Shown here: positions 51,929 to 64,000 of the stretch, piece after piece | Layout: every line of letters starts with the position of its first letter | Numbering within the stretch: position 1 is the stretch's first letter | Assembly (NCBI GenBank): GCA_020891255.1 | Contig: BQFW01000001.1 | Coordinates: 1,116,001-1,180,000, forward strand | DNA: 64,000 nucleotides | DNA from: Entomortierella parvispora E1425 | Lineage: Eukaryota > Fungi > Mortierellomycota | Direction: 5' to 3' | Position numbers and translations under genes: made by a program | The notes under the pieces: model-generated | What the model was told of the DNA's origin: nothing | What the model saw: the letters and a program-made list of their open reading frames with translations, nothing else | Database searches by the model: none

Positions 51929-52564
51929 TGCTTTGAATGGGGGGATGAGTGGGAGAGGAATGAGAAACGAATGGACCGCAATGAGGACGTGAATGAAGGG
52001 CGGGAGGAAAGGCACGCCCCGTTTTCTGGCGCGCAAAGGGGAGGAGGAAAGACGAAGGACAGGAAGGGGCGGAAGAACTGCAGAGGCAAAGCGGGGTCTT
52101 GGGCAAAGAAAGGAAGAACAAAGACAAGTGACAGACGCAGCAGAGCACCAAGGCAAAGAAAAAAGGAGAGGACAAGGCACAAGGATACAAGTCGAAAGAG
52201 CAATTGGCAGAATGCACCAAGGACGGTTGTGCAACAAACAATCTCACCACGACCACAGCGGATAAAGCTTCGCACCAGTGTCTGCAGACACCTTCACCTT
52301 GTTGTTGCTGTCACCGTCTTCTGTGCTCCTCCGTTTTCCGCTTTCTTCACCTTCAGTAAACAACATGCTTCTGTGCTCCTTCGTTTCTGATGGACCTTTC
52401 CTCCCCCGTCCTTCCGCCAGAGAATCCTACACAGCATTGCCACCTGGCCCTTGTGCAAAAATAGCTCTGATGCCTGTGTGACCAAGCCCAAAAAACACTT
52501 CTTTAGCGCAACCGTGACAACTGCACTGCCTCGTAATGGCGGACATCTTTTATATTATGGGTTC

Positions 52565-54865
52565 CTATTGTCTTCTTTCTCGTGCCCCCAATTGAGGATT
52601 CTTGGGAGATCGACTCCTAGGTTCTACTCGCTGGACCTCACCACCAGTGCCAATTCCATGCTGCGCGCTTGATCCACCCGCGTCGTCAGTTGTCGCCGTT
52701 AGATCACTTCCTTGCTGTTGTGTATTTGAAGGACGTTGTTGTTGGTGCCTTGAAGAGTTGACGCGGCTTGGGGGCTGTGATGAGGTGGACATGGAGCCTA
52801 TCGTGTTTGTAGCACTCACAAGTGCATAGGAAGGTGTCGGAGAGCCATCAGGGGGCCGATATGGGTGTGCTGCATATATTGTCGGCGCGTTTGTTTGAGA
52901 CGGCACAGCGGAGGAAGAAGATGATGCCAGAGAGTGAGCTTGAGAACTCGTGCCTCCTTGTTGGTAATCTCTGTGATATGATAGTGGTTGCGCACTGTAG
53001 ATTGGCAGCAGTGGCGATGCCGGTGCCGTGGTGCCTATAGGTCCAGCAGGGCTCTTCACCGCGTCAAAGTGCGGATATGAATGCTGTAGCTGTGCATAGG
53101 GGTGAGGGTGAAGAGTGGATCCAGAGCCATTCCTGAAAGGATCGTATCCATATGCAATGGTTCCTCCACCGCCACTTGTAATAGGTGGCGCTGTCGTTAC
53201 TGGTTGTGCAGAATATGGGTGCTGCGACTGCATTTGAAGTTGCATTTGCTGCTGCTGCTGTTGTTGTTCCTGTTGCAGTTGATAAAGTCTTCTCCTCAGT
53301 TCTAGCTCTTCTTCTTGGGTTTGAACCTGCAATCTCAAGTTTTGAAGTTCCTCATCGTTTTGGGATAAATCTGCTGGGTATTTTCGATCTCTGTTGTCTT
53401 GTCCTTGACCTCTTGCCATCCCTCCAAAGGCGCTGCGCCGCTTCCAAAAGACAAAGAATAAGACCGCCGCACAAATCACGGCGAGTCCGCCTACCACCCC
53501 TCCCGCAATTGCTCCTGCGTGTGTGGATGCGGCGTGTGGTGGTTTCAGAGGTCCGTTCGTGTCTCCCGATCCTGGATCAGTGGTGTTTGTTGAGTTCTTG
53601 GCAATATCGACATAGGATTGAGGCGGGATGTAATTATTGATCCAAGAGTTCATCTGGGCATCGTAGATCAGGATGGTGGCAGGGACTGTGTTCTTGTTCT
53701 GGTCCACACCTCCCCAGACAATGAGCTGACTTCCAGCCATGACGCACGACGCGTATGCCCTGGTCAGACCTGAAACCCCTTGTCGCCAGGTCATGGTCGT
53801 CAGGTCCAGAATGTATATGTCGTTGGTGTAGGCAAAGGTGCTTGAGAGCGTGCCTCCATAAATCACGATCTGTGTCCCGTCATCGGCTATACAAGGCAAG
53901 ACCAAAAAAGCTCATTAGAGATGAAACTGGACGATGGACTTCTTGGTAAGGACCCAGTGTTTGCGTTCGACTTACATATCACCATGCAGTGATCTGACCG
54001 CATCGGTGGCGGAGTTCCCGTAGTTGCCTAGGGGAAATAAACACGATTGCATGTCAATTTGCTGATCTGGTAGCAGAGTGCCCTCCTCGTTTGATTACGC
54101 TTCGCTTACCAAAGTTTGCCATTGGCCTGTCAGAGGCACATACTCTGTGACAACGTTGCTGTTCACAATCGGCGACAGCGTTTCATTGTAGCCTCCAAAA
54201 TAAAGGATGCTCTTTCGAGTCTTGGACCAGACACAACCATAATATGCTCTGGCTGCAAGTGCTACCGAGGGCGGTGGTAACGTTACAGCATCCATGATCG
54301 TGTCAAAGGCAAAATTGTAGACACTCACTTCATTCCTGTTCGTGTATCCCCCAGTGAGGTAGACTTGGCTATCGTACGTATCCAAAACGGCACCAACACC
54401 CTGGAATCCTGGGTTGGCGACCGATATGGACGAACGAGACCAACGATCGGACTGCACCGAGTACCGGTAGGCAAAGGTGGTTCCCGAGTGAAACGTGATC
54501 ATGGTCATCCCATCTGCGGAGAACGCAGCCGGAAACAGCTCCTGCGCAGGCCCTGTGTTTGTGAGTTGTGTCCAAGCCGGCATGTTTGTGCTCCATGGGA
54601 CAGCCAAGTCCAGAGAGTAGAGTTGGGCGATAAGAGTTCCAGAGTGGTTTCCTCCTTGGACGTACATCTTGGTTGCGGTCCTGGCAGTGGCGGCACCAGA
54701 GACAGAGAGTGGTACTGTCAAGGGCTGAGCATATGCTGTCAAAAGGGCGTGCTGCAGTCCTGAGAAGAGGATAGAAAGGGCAGTTGAGAAAAAGAGGGTG
54801 AACCCTGCTCTCCAGAGCATCTGTACTGGGGATCGTGTCATTGCAGCAGGCGGATCGCGCGCCAT
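52565..54865 (-). CDS. Kelch propeller single-pass membrane protein B
   Basis: Hydrophobic leader; blades MYVQGG, VYLTGG, ILYFGG, IVIYGG, LIVWGG; TM GAIAGGVVGGLAVICAAVLFFVFW-KRR; Q/H/S-rich tail. Three exons. The start ATG is uncertain (54865 or slightly downstream). Confidence 0.87.
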
Positions 54866-56278
54866 TGGCCCGTCGGATGAGAGAGGATGAAGAGATGGAA
54901 AAAGCTGGCTGATCAGAATGATTCTGAATGTGATTAGAAGAATCAATCGGCCAGGAAGAAGAAAACGTGCTCCTGCACTAGCGTGAGAGGGTTTGGGCTG
55001 GGGAGCGGAGAGCTTGGGTCAAGGTTGGGCAAAGTCGGTCTGCGGCGACCCTGGATCGACGGTGCAGTGCTGGAAATAGGGTACGGAAAGAAAGACAAGG
55101 GCAACGGCAAACGAAGGCCGACAATCCCAATGCGAGAAAGGAAGGCGAAGGGGGTGGCAGAGGAGTGAAGAGGAAAGAGAAAAGAGAATGCCCACCATGG
55201 ACATCACATCACGCTCGAGTCCTCTTCAGTGAGCCTCCCTGGTGCACGCACGCTGTCCAACTCCTCTCGCTCTTTGGCCCCTGAAGCACTCTGATGTCAG
55301 ACTGTGGTTGTGGCCCTCGTTCGACAGGGGAAGGGAGTACGCTGCCAGGGATACCACCCCACCGGAGAGGTGCAAGGCGAACGAACAATATGGGCCAGAC
55401 ATCGGGGCAGCATCAGCCAGAAAGTCCCTCGCGACTGACTGTCTGTGTGCGACAAACAACCACCCTCAATTGTGGCATGCGGTTCAGAGCAGCGGGGCTT
55501 AGCCTTTGACTGCATGGGTCAAATCAAACGGGCTTCTCTCTTCTCTTTCAGAGCAATTTTTTGCTCATCGCTGAAATTGTTGATATCTGCTTCGGCAGGC
55601 AAAGGAAAAGCACTCTTCTGGGCTTACGTTTCATTTCGATCCGATGCTTGTCGTGGTTTGTTTGTCCAGCCAAGGCTCCCAAATGGTGCTGCACTCTTTC
55701 TGCTGGGACTTACCGATGGTAGATGGTAGATGTTTGATGGATAGATGGATAGATGCAAAGAGTGGATACCAGTGAGCTTTCAGGCCAGTGGTTCGATAGA
55801 ATTTCCCAGCGATGCTTCGTTGCATGCAACCAAGCCCAGCCATGGCCCGGACCTGCATCCACGATGACTCTTACATCGACGAGAGAGAGCAAACAAAGAA
55901 CCAAGAAACCCTTGTGTGACACCAACAACACCACTGACAAATTCAGCCCATCGCTCCCCCTGTGTTTTTGTTTTTTCGACCTCTTTTTGTCTATTTCTTG
56001 TTCCGTTCATTCCTCGCGTGATTTATCATGGTTCATCATTCATCGTTCATTGTTCCTTGCTCCTTGTGGAAAAACAGGTGGCTGGAAGAAAGCCGACCGA
56101 CCTTCTGCTGAAAATAGGTTCTCCTCGAACCGGTTTAAGGACTCGAGGCGGATGATCTATCGGGTCTTAGCTATGGTAGCAGACGGACACGCTGCGCGTT
56201 TGTTACATTCTAGCGGTCTATTGGGCCAGCGATTGGTATCAGTGACAGCAGTGGCTGCTGGATAATCTCTACCAAAGT

Positions 56279-57763
56279 CTACAGGGTTTTGATGCCATGC
56301 TGATCTAGTTGTCTAATCAAAGAGAAGCCCAGTCCAAAATCCTGGGTCAGACCTGAAGAGACAGATTCTAGTTGGGGCCAATGCTTGATCATCCAAAGGA
56401 TCTCATCTTCGCTCATCCATTGATGCCCAGGCGAAAACTTGAAGGACCGAAGCCGTTTCAGCGTAGCAAGCCTTCCCAGACCGTTCTCTAGCAGGTGCGT
56501 CATCTTTGTCGCCGAGTCTGAACTTGCAGATCCAGCGGCATATCGGGTCACGCCTAGCACCTTGAGTCGAGTCAGGAGCGCAAGGCGATCGTACATCCGT
56601 TCCTGTCGGGCCACCAAGGATAGGCATCTGTTGTCGTCATTGAGATCTATCAGAATCTCTAGATGCTCTAGTCCGTGGCAGATCCAATTCGATCCCATAA
56701 CAATGTCCTTTTCACAGATCCGATCTGCAGAGAGGTGTTTGAGGTTTGGCATGGTCTCTAGCATCTTTTGGAGCATCTTACTCGATACCGAAAAACAGGC
56801 ATGGAGGTCGAGTGTTTGAATTGACTGTACCAGGGTTCCCTCTTCTTGAATGGCTGCAAAGGACTTTGACCCAAAGCCAGTCTTTGTAAGCATCAGGGAT
56901 TGAGGTTTTCTGACGCCGCTATTGGCCTTGGACTGGAGCATCTTTGCCAACAATTCATCCAGGACTTCATCTCCTGTGACATCCAGTGAAACCAGTCCAG
57001 GCCATTTCCCGGTCTGCAGGTATTGCGTAAATCTCTCCATCGCAAACCTTATCGAGAAACCGATGCCTCTCCAGTAAATTGACAGGAGATTGGGGCATTT
57101 CTCTAACAGCTGCATTTGGTCTTCGGAACGAAGACCTCGGAGTCTTGCGAAATAAACGTGCTTCAGCTTTCGCAGGATCGGGGACAATGAGGGAGTTTTC
57201 AGTGACTCATTGAAGAAGACGCCATCGTAGGGAACGAGTGCATCTGTCAAAGTGAGCGACACGAGGTTCTGGAGCGAGGTCCAGAAAACAACAGAGTCCT
57301 GCTTCAAGACCTCTGCGAATCGAAGGGCCAAAGATTCCAACCTGGAGCAGTGTGCAATGGCGTCCCAGAGAAACTCCTCTGGCGTGTGGCCGTAGAGAAG
57401 AATATCCATGGATCCCAGTGACTCTTTGTGGGCCCGGATGAATTTTGTGAGAAGTCCGATTCTACTCTGAACCATCGTGGAGCCACAATAACTGAACGAC
57501 TGGAGATTGCTGCACTTGACTTCAAAGTACTCGTCTGGGAACCGTCCAGTGAATGAAAGGCTAGAGATGAGGGGCGCATGCGATTGAAGAGCATCTGCAG
57601 AGGCATAGCTGCGACTGTCGTAGAGCTTGAGTCCGGACCATAGGAGAGGTTCAAACGTGTGAAGCCAGGCATGGCATGTGCCCATGCAATGAACCAGATC
57701 TTGTGTGGAAAGGTAGCGACCAATCAGATCTCGGAGTTCAGGGAGCTCAAGGGCGGCATGCAT
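56279..57763 (-). CDS. F-box/LRR (RNI-like) protein, intronless
   Basis: MHAALELPELRDLIGRYLSTQDLVHCMGTCHAWLHTFEPLLW F-box, CPNLLSI-type repeats and the family-typical WICHGLEHLEI and LENGLGRLATLKRL C-terminus. Confidence 0.9.
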   Translation of the reverse strand: MHAALELPELRDLIGRYLSTQDLVHCMGTCHAWLHTFEPLLWSGLKLYDSRSYASADALQSHAPLISSLSFTGRFPDEYFEVKCSNLQSFSYCGSTMVQSRIGLLTKFIRAHKESLGSMDILLYGHTPEEFLWDAIAHCSRLESLALRFAEVLKQDSVVFWTSLQNLVSLTLTDALVPYDGVFFNESLKTPSLSPILRKLKHVYFARLRGLRSEDQMQLLEKCPNLLSIYWRGIGFSIRFAMERFTQYLQTGKWPGLVSLDVTGDEVLDELLAKMLQSKANSGVRKPQSLMLTKTGFGSKSFAAIQEEGTLVQSIQTLDLHACFSVSSKMLQKMLETMPNLKHLSADRICEKDIVMGSNWICHGLEHLEILIDLNDDNRCLSLVARQERMYDRLALLTRLKVLGVTRYAAGSASSDSATKMTHLLENGLGRLATLKRLRSFKFSPGHQWMSEDEILWMIKHWPQLESVSSGLTQDFGLGFSLIRQLDQHGIKTL

Positions 57764-57876
57764 GATGGGGGAAGGTGAAAGAGAAGCAGATGGGGAAGAG
57801 AATTATCCCGATGCGGATGAAGACGGACCCATGCGAGTGGAAATGGACGCCATGGTGACTCAATGATGAGCAAAAC

Positions 57877-57897
57877 GCGCGTGCAAAATGCACGCGC
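57877..57897. promoter_or_regulatory. Perfect 9-bp inverted repeat GCGCGTGCA-AAA-TGCACGCGC in the divergent F-box / chitin synthase promoter
   Basis: The sequence was read directly and contains CGCG cores. A regulatory role is inferred. Confidence 0.4.
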
Positions 57898-58511
57898 CTG
57901 TTCAGTTGGTGGCAACGATGAAAAATAGTCCGAGAGGTGACTGTTAATGAATGGATCGACGAATTGTCGATGTTGGCAGTTGCCGATGTTGGCGGATCAG
58001 AGGAGCCGGGCCGGTTGTGTTGGTTGGTTGGAGGATGCAGACAGGAACACACGACGGGCAGACAACGGACGGATAGGTTGACAGGTGAACAAACAAACAA
58101 TCTTTGGACCATGCGTGCATCCATTCCCATCATCCTCGATCGTTCGATATGCACCTCAACGACGCGACGGTCGGACTGGAATATGGGATGAAAGAAGGTC
58201 GATATGTGTCTAATTTGTCTGCTTCTGCCGCTCTGTCTTTCCCCATCCTCTCTCTCTGTCTGTCTGTCTCTCCGTCTCTCTGTTCTGCAAAGAGGTGCAT
58301 TCCACTCTTCTCCCCTCTTTCTCTCTCTCTCTCTCTGTCTTTCCTCTCTCTGGCCTCCCCTCTCTCTCAATCTTACCTTGTATCCCCTTCCATATTTGTG
58401 CATGCAATCGCAGGATCAACTTACCGAATAGATATTACTCCTCCCTTTCTCTTCTCCCTCCACTCTCCTCTCCTCTCTTTCCATATATACCATACCCCAC
58501 CGCTCACCCAG

Positions 58512-61500
58512 ATGAAGGAAAGGGAGCCCGATCTCGAGAACGGGAACAGCGATGAGCTGTACATGGAGCTATCCCAAACCTTGGGCGTGATTCTTCCTGA
58601 ACAACCACATCAACCTGCAGATCAACAACAACAACATCATCACTTCCAAAGGCCATCTGGAGGTTTGTCCATTGTCACTCAATCGCCTAGCCCGTCCGCC
58701 GGAAGAAGTGGAGCAGCAGGATACGGACAGAGCTACCACAATGGCCAAGGCCATAACCGATGGATCTCCGAAAGCAGTGGATATCATCCACCGGGGCAGC
58801 CCATTTATGGACAAGTGAACGAGACTCAGAGCACATATTACAACGCTTCTCAATATGCCGGATCATCCACTACCCATTCGACATATCGAGGTCAAGAGGG
58901 ACATGGAGTCGGGACTGGAACCGGAGCAGGACATGACGATAGCCATTCTACGCGGAGTCGTCGGCCTGACCAACTGCAGCAGCGAGATCTAGACAAAGCC
59001 AAGGCAGAACGTATGGAGAAGCGTTCAAAAAAGGCAAAGAGGCTGCCCAAGGACGATGATGACAAAAAGTACCCTACCTGCTGGGTTACCTTCTCAAGAA
59101 TGGTGACTTGCTGCTTCCCTGGTCCCCTCTTGACCCTCATGGGTAAGCTTCTTCATGTTTATAGCTACAGGCGCATAGAGATCGGAACTAGGTTTTTGTG
59201 CCTCACGACTAACCTGCGGTCGCACATTGCTTCGTTTGCCTTTAGGAAAACATACCGAAGAGATTCGACAGGCGTGGCGGGAGAAGGTCGCCTTGGTCTC
59301 CATCATTTTCATGCTGTGCTTTACTGTGGGTTTCCTGACTTTTGGTTTTAACGTTGTCCTCTGTGGAAAGGAACCAACTCGCATCCGTCATGGCCACGTC
59401 GACGAACAATCCTCTGTCCTACTCGGTCGCGCCTACCTTCTCAAGGATTTCAACCACCCCGTAGCGCCACAGATTCCGGCCGTGACCAGCAACCTGCTCG
59501 CAAAGCCGTTCCCAGACGCAGGCGGACGAGATATGACTTTTATGTTTCAAAACATCAACCAGGCATGCAAAGGACTATTTCAGGGCAAGCAGCATGATCA
59601 ATTTGGAAACGTCTGGAATTACTTTCCCTGTGTGGTGACAAATGCCGTTGGAGGCGTCAAGCCCATAGGCGGAATAGGCACACAAGGTTGCCATGTGGGA
59701 CCCGACTCGCTCAAAGCTCGGCAGCTTATCAAACAGTTGCGGTTCATGGGCGAGGTCTATTTCAGTTGGGACGATATCAAGGAGGGGGACACCAACTATG
59801 CAGTTTACAACGGCAATGTTTTGGACATGAGCAGGCTGAACTGGCTCGAGGATAATATTATGTTGGCTCCTGAATTTGCACCATTTTTGAACGGGACATT
59901 TTCGGGAAAGGACATCAGTTTGAGCATGTCGTATTCAAAGGAGCGCACCAGGATTGCCAAATGTCTGGTAGAGACGGTCAAAGTGGGAGTGATAGACCAG
60001 CTCTCGCTTGGCTGTGTTGTGGCGGACATTGTGCTCTACGTTTCCTTGATCGTCATTCTGAGCGTCGTCTTGCTTCGTTTCTTCTTGGCCGTGATTTTTG
60101 GATGGGTGTTGAGTTGGCGCCTGGGTTCATTTGACGAAAAGACGTTTGCTGACAAGCTGAGGCGACAGGAGATTATTGAGGCCTGGGTGGACGACAACAC
60201 CTCTCCTTATGTTGACAGTCCAAACTCGGAAATGAATCGGTTAGTTTATGAAGCAAGATACGGTCTGTATCTTGTTACTGATACTGACTGAGAACACTAT
60301 GAAAAACTTCTTTATCAATAGTCGCGCTGAGCGCATCCGTGCAAATGTCATCCCAGGAGGATCTCGATTCTCGATCAATGAATCAGGAACTGCAACACCT
60401 AATGGATCTCATGTGTCTGTCGCTACTGAAATCCCTTTCCCTCTCGGTCTCCCTCCTCCATCCCGTCGCTGGGGAAGTATGCCGGTCAGCCCTCGCCCCG
60501 CCCAATCCAGCTCTTCCCTTGTTGGGTCTTCCATGCCTCGCCCTGGTAGTCGTAGAGAATCCATCGCCACCAGCAGCAACAGCAATGACACTCGACCCAC
60601 CAACAGCTCTCGACTCAGCCGAGCAGGACTCAACGCCTCCATTTCGAAACTCAAAGGGGAGCCTCTGCAATGTCCTTTGCTCCACACCCTTATGTTGGTT
60701 ACCTGTTACTCTGAAGGCGCGGATGGACTGCGTGCAACCTGTGATTCTTTGGCCAATACCAGCTATCCTTCCAGCCACAAACTGCTGCTCATTATCGCCG
60801 ATGGCATTATTCGCGGCGAGAACGAGGATTTCACCACCCCTGATATTTGTCTGGACATGATGACGGATTACATTGTCCCTCGTGAAGAAGTTGAGCCTCA
60901 GTCGTATATCGCCATTGCCGACGGTGCCAAACGACACAACATGGCCAAGATCTACGCAGGATATTACAAGTACGCGGACGACTCTGAGATGCCCATGGAG
61001 GAACGCCAAAAGGTGCCCATGATTGTGATTGTCAAGTGTGGTACGCCAGCAGAGGCCTCGGATAAGAAACCTGGAAATCGAGGAAAGAGAGATTCCCAAA
61101 TCATCTTGATGTCCTTTTTGCAAAAGGTCATGTTTGATGAACGTATGACACCCTTGGAGTATGAGTTCTTCAACGCTTTCTGGAACGTGACTAAAGTGAC
61201 ACCAGACTTTTACGAATTGGTTCTGATGGTGGACGCAGACACAAAGGTCTATCCGGATTCATTGACGCGAATGGTTGCCTGCATGGCCCAAGACCCGACT
61301 GTGATGGGACTCTGTGGCGAGACAAAGATTGCAAACAAAAAAGAGTCTTGGGTGACCATGATCCAAGGTAGGATACCTCATCCTCTGTCAGTCAGTTGCG
61401 ACCTTGAAGTTCAAACGTCCCTTCTAACTCATCGCGTCCTTTTTTTGCTTGAACTTTTAAAACAGTCTTTGAATACTACATCTCACATCATCTGTCCAAG

Positions 61501-62388
61501 GCCTTCGAGTCAATCTTTGGCGGCGTTACCTGTCTCCCTGGTTGCTTCTGCATGTACCGTATCAAAGCGCCTAAAGGACCTAACCGGTATTGGGTTCCTG
61601 TCCTGGCCAACCCGGATATTGTTGAGCACTACTCTGAAAACGTGGTGGACACCCTCCACAAAAAGAATCTATTGCTATTGGGCGAGGACCGTTACCTGAC
61701 GACGCTCATGCTCCGGACCTTCCCAAAACGCAAAATGATGTTTGTCCCTCAAGCCGTGTGCAAGACTCAAGTGCCAACGTCCTTCCCCGTCTTGCTCTCC
61801 CAACGTCGACGATGGATCAACTCTACGATCCACAACCTGATGGAGCTGGTCTTGATTCGGGATCTTTGCGGCACGTTTTGCTTCTCGATGCAGTTTGTGA
61901 TTTTCATGGAGTTGGTCGGTACTGTGGTGCTCCCGGCCGCTATCTCGTTCACGCTGTACCTGATTGTGATCTCGTTCATCATCACGCCGGTCCCGATTAT
62001 CCCTCTGATGCTGTTGGCGGCCATTCTGGGTCTGCCTGCGATCTTGATCTTGATGACGTCCCGCAAGGTGGTCTATGTTGGCTGGATGGGCATGTACCTG
62101 ATCTCGCTCCCGATCTGGAACTTTGTCCTGCCCGTGTATGCCTTCTGGCACTTTGATGACTTTACGTGGGGTCAGACCAGAAAGGTCCAAGGCGAGGGAG
62201 AAGGAGGCAAGGCGGACAGCCACGGCAGCAAAGAGGGAGAGTTTGATTCGAGCAAGATTGTCATGAAGAAATGGTGCGAGTTTGAGCGGGAGAAGAGGAT
62301 CAAACTGGGCCTGACGAACGGTATCACGGGCTGGTATCAACCCATTTCTTCTCTAGTGAACGAGCAACAGCAATACCAACAACAATAG
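58512..62388 (+). CDS. Chitin synthase, class IV (Chs3-like, division 2)
   Basis: Exons 58512-59143, 59246-60239, 60322-61367, 61465-62388. AWREKVAL, a cytochrome b5-like region, [39 protein letters not shown] and [12 protein letters not shown]. No myosin head. Confidence 0.96.
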
Positions 62389-62949
62389 TAGAATAGAACC
62401 CCCTCTTACCCTCAAAAAAACAAGGATCCGAGAGACGTCCATAGTGTAGCCGACTCTTTTTCTCCTTGTCCTTTCTCATTCACATCCTCACCTAATAGAT
62501 CTTTTTTCATATTCAAGACCAAAAAAAAATCGACAACTTTTGACGACGTAGCAACAATGGCGCGTAGGGCTAGGTGAAAAGGGTGTTGGCGCTGAACTGT
62601 AGGCCCTAAGCGAGAGGCAGAGCTGCCTCCTTCATGGTTTCAGGAAGAGCAATTATTGCCACATTGAGGTGGTTGTACAGCCGTTGAACGAACAGGACCA
62701 CATGGATGTTTTCTGCCTGTCTGCAGGAAACAGAGCCACCAAAATTGCCACAGCAAGCAGGGGACTGGGGTTTGTCAGAGGGGAGAAAAGAGATAATGTA
62801 GGTCGAAGGAAGCACTGGTCACAGAGGTGAGAGCTTTGCTCCATGGTTTCTTAGTCCAGGGGTCGGGCAATCAATGCCTGAGCAAAGAAGCGTCATTTTT
62901 TTTTTATTGTTTCTCAGCCAAAGAAAAAATGATATCGTGTTGACAATAG

Positions 62950-64000
62950 TTAGAGTACTGTGGGTCGTGTGTCGTAGTTGGGAAAGGGAGGGCTTGCCGG
63001 TCTTTGATACTGGTGCTGCAAGTTTGTCTGTTGCATTGAATGCCAGTGTTGTTCTTGGTGTTGTTGTTGAGGTGGGGCAACAGCAGACATGGACGAGGGC
63101 CATGGCTGAGTGAACTGCTGGAAAGAGGAGGAGTTGTGGGCCGCAGGTGGTGATGGGCCTGCATCGAAACCGCTTCTCGAGGGGTTCCAAGGCTGTCGGA
63201 GCAGGGCCGAGTCTCGTGCGCGCGGGAGTTGTGCAAGAACAAAACTTTGGTGCTCTCGGAATTGAGCCCCCAAAAGCTGTGATTGCCGTTCATGTTCTCG
63301 AGGGGAAATGGCCTCCAGGGCCGCTGCTACACCTGCCTTGACCACGTCGGCCGGATCGATAGGCATGGACGATTTTTCCTTCTGCATCCACTCGTCTGGA
63401 TTCCGGCCGTGGGACATGTACGACTGGGATGTGGTCGACCCTCGCCATTTCTGTCTCTCTTGCTCAAGAAACCCGGTCCTCATCGGTGTAGTCTCGAAAT
63501 CTCGAGATCCGTACGGAGACACAGCTCCATCTCCTTCGTGATGGTCCGTGCTGGACCATCCTTTAGTTTGAAATATAGGTTCAAGCCAATGTGCTCGCTT
63601 ACGACGGTAGAAGAACCCGGCGCCCATGGCTGTCAAAAGCAGAACTGCTCCCGCAATAGCACCACCGATGATTGCAGCTTGGTTGTGAGATCCACCATTT
63701 CTGCCACCATTCGGATCCAAGGTCTCGCCAGCAATTGGGATGGATGTGTCGCTTCTTCTGCGACCGGTGCTAGTCGTTACACTGACGCTGATTGTGGTAG
63801 GTGTTTTTAGCCAAGACGGTTTATATTCGTTCACGAATGTGTTGGCCTTGAGATCGAAAAGGAGGACGAGAGGCGCTACTGTGTATTCATCAACGCGACC
63901 TCCCCAATTGATCAGCGTGTCGTTAACTATAGTGCAGGCACTTTCATATCGAGGTTGAGAAGCAGAAGGACCTTGAGTCCAAGTCATAGTGGGCACGTCC
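62950..64000 (-). CDS. Kelch propeller single-pass membrane protein C (3' part; 5' end lies beyond the window)
   Basis: Last blades (PRYESACTIVNDTLINWGG, LLFDL), TM AIIGGAIAGAVLLLTAMGAGFFY-RRKR and a Q-rich tail. Confidence 0.85.
   Translation of the reverse strand, partial: DVPTMTWTQGPSASQPRYESACTIVNDTLINWGGRVDEYTVAPLVLLFDLKANTFVNEYKPSWLKTPTTISVSVTTSTGRRRSDTSIPIAGETLDPNGGRNGGSHNQAAIIGGAIAGAVLLLTAMGAGFFYRRKRAHWLEPIFQTKGWSSTDHHEGDGAVSPYGSRDFETTPMRTGFLEQERQKWRGSTTSQSYMSHGRNPDEWMQKEKSSMPIDPADVVKAGVAAALEAISPREHERQSQLLGAQFREHQSFVLAQLPRARDSALLRQPWNPSRSGFDAGPSPPAAHNSSSFQQFTQPWPSSMSAVAPPQQQHQEQHWHSMQQTNLQHQYQRPASPPFPNYDTRPTVL

Noticed and set aside
54950-56270. Short ORFs (e.g. 55753-56265) and GATG/GATA-type repeats in the 1.4-kb gap
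   Set aside because: No recognisable domain or coding-like composition; consistent with the Kelch B promoter plus the F-box 3'UTR.

Overview
Intron-rich, gene-dense fungal genomic DNA, most likely Mortierellaceae (Mucoromycota). This is inferred from the intronless F-box/LRR genes, the Kelch single-pass membrane protein family and the ABCC N-terminus and NBD2 insertion. I can reconstruct about 21 protein-coding genes and 2 pseudogenes by hand-splicing the ORF track. The left half is mostly housekeeping: ABCA half-transporter, FAB1/PIKfyve, purine nucleoside phosphorylase, VPS25, proline iminopeptidase, Rsm1/NIPA-like, ALG1, an MRP/ABCC transporter and LPD1. It also holds accessory loci: a decayed F-box-like gene, an F-box protein with an XPA-like zinc module, a decayed METTL21-type methyltransferase, a SAP-like/GTT3-like membrane protein and an orphan secreted Cys-hairpin protein. 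The right third (42.6-64 kb) is the most interesting part. It has six co-oriented genes (F-box/LRR, two Kelch-propeller Mid2-type membrane sensors, a GT64-like transferase with a C-terminal discoidin-like domain, a stand-alone L-arabinokinase-N-type glycosyltransferase, F-box/LRR), then a class IV chitin synthase and a third Kelch sensor. This may be a cell-surface glycan synthesis and sensing neighbourhood, but that is a hypothesis only. I saw no rRNA, tRNA, CRISPR array or recognisable intact transposon. All family assignments come from motif recognition by eye; no database search was run.
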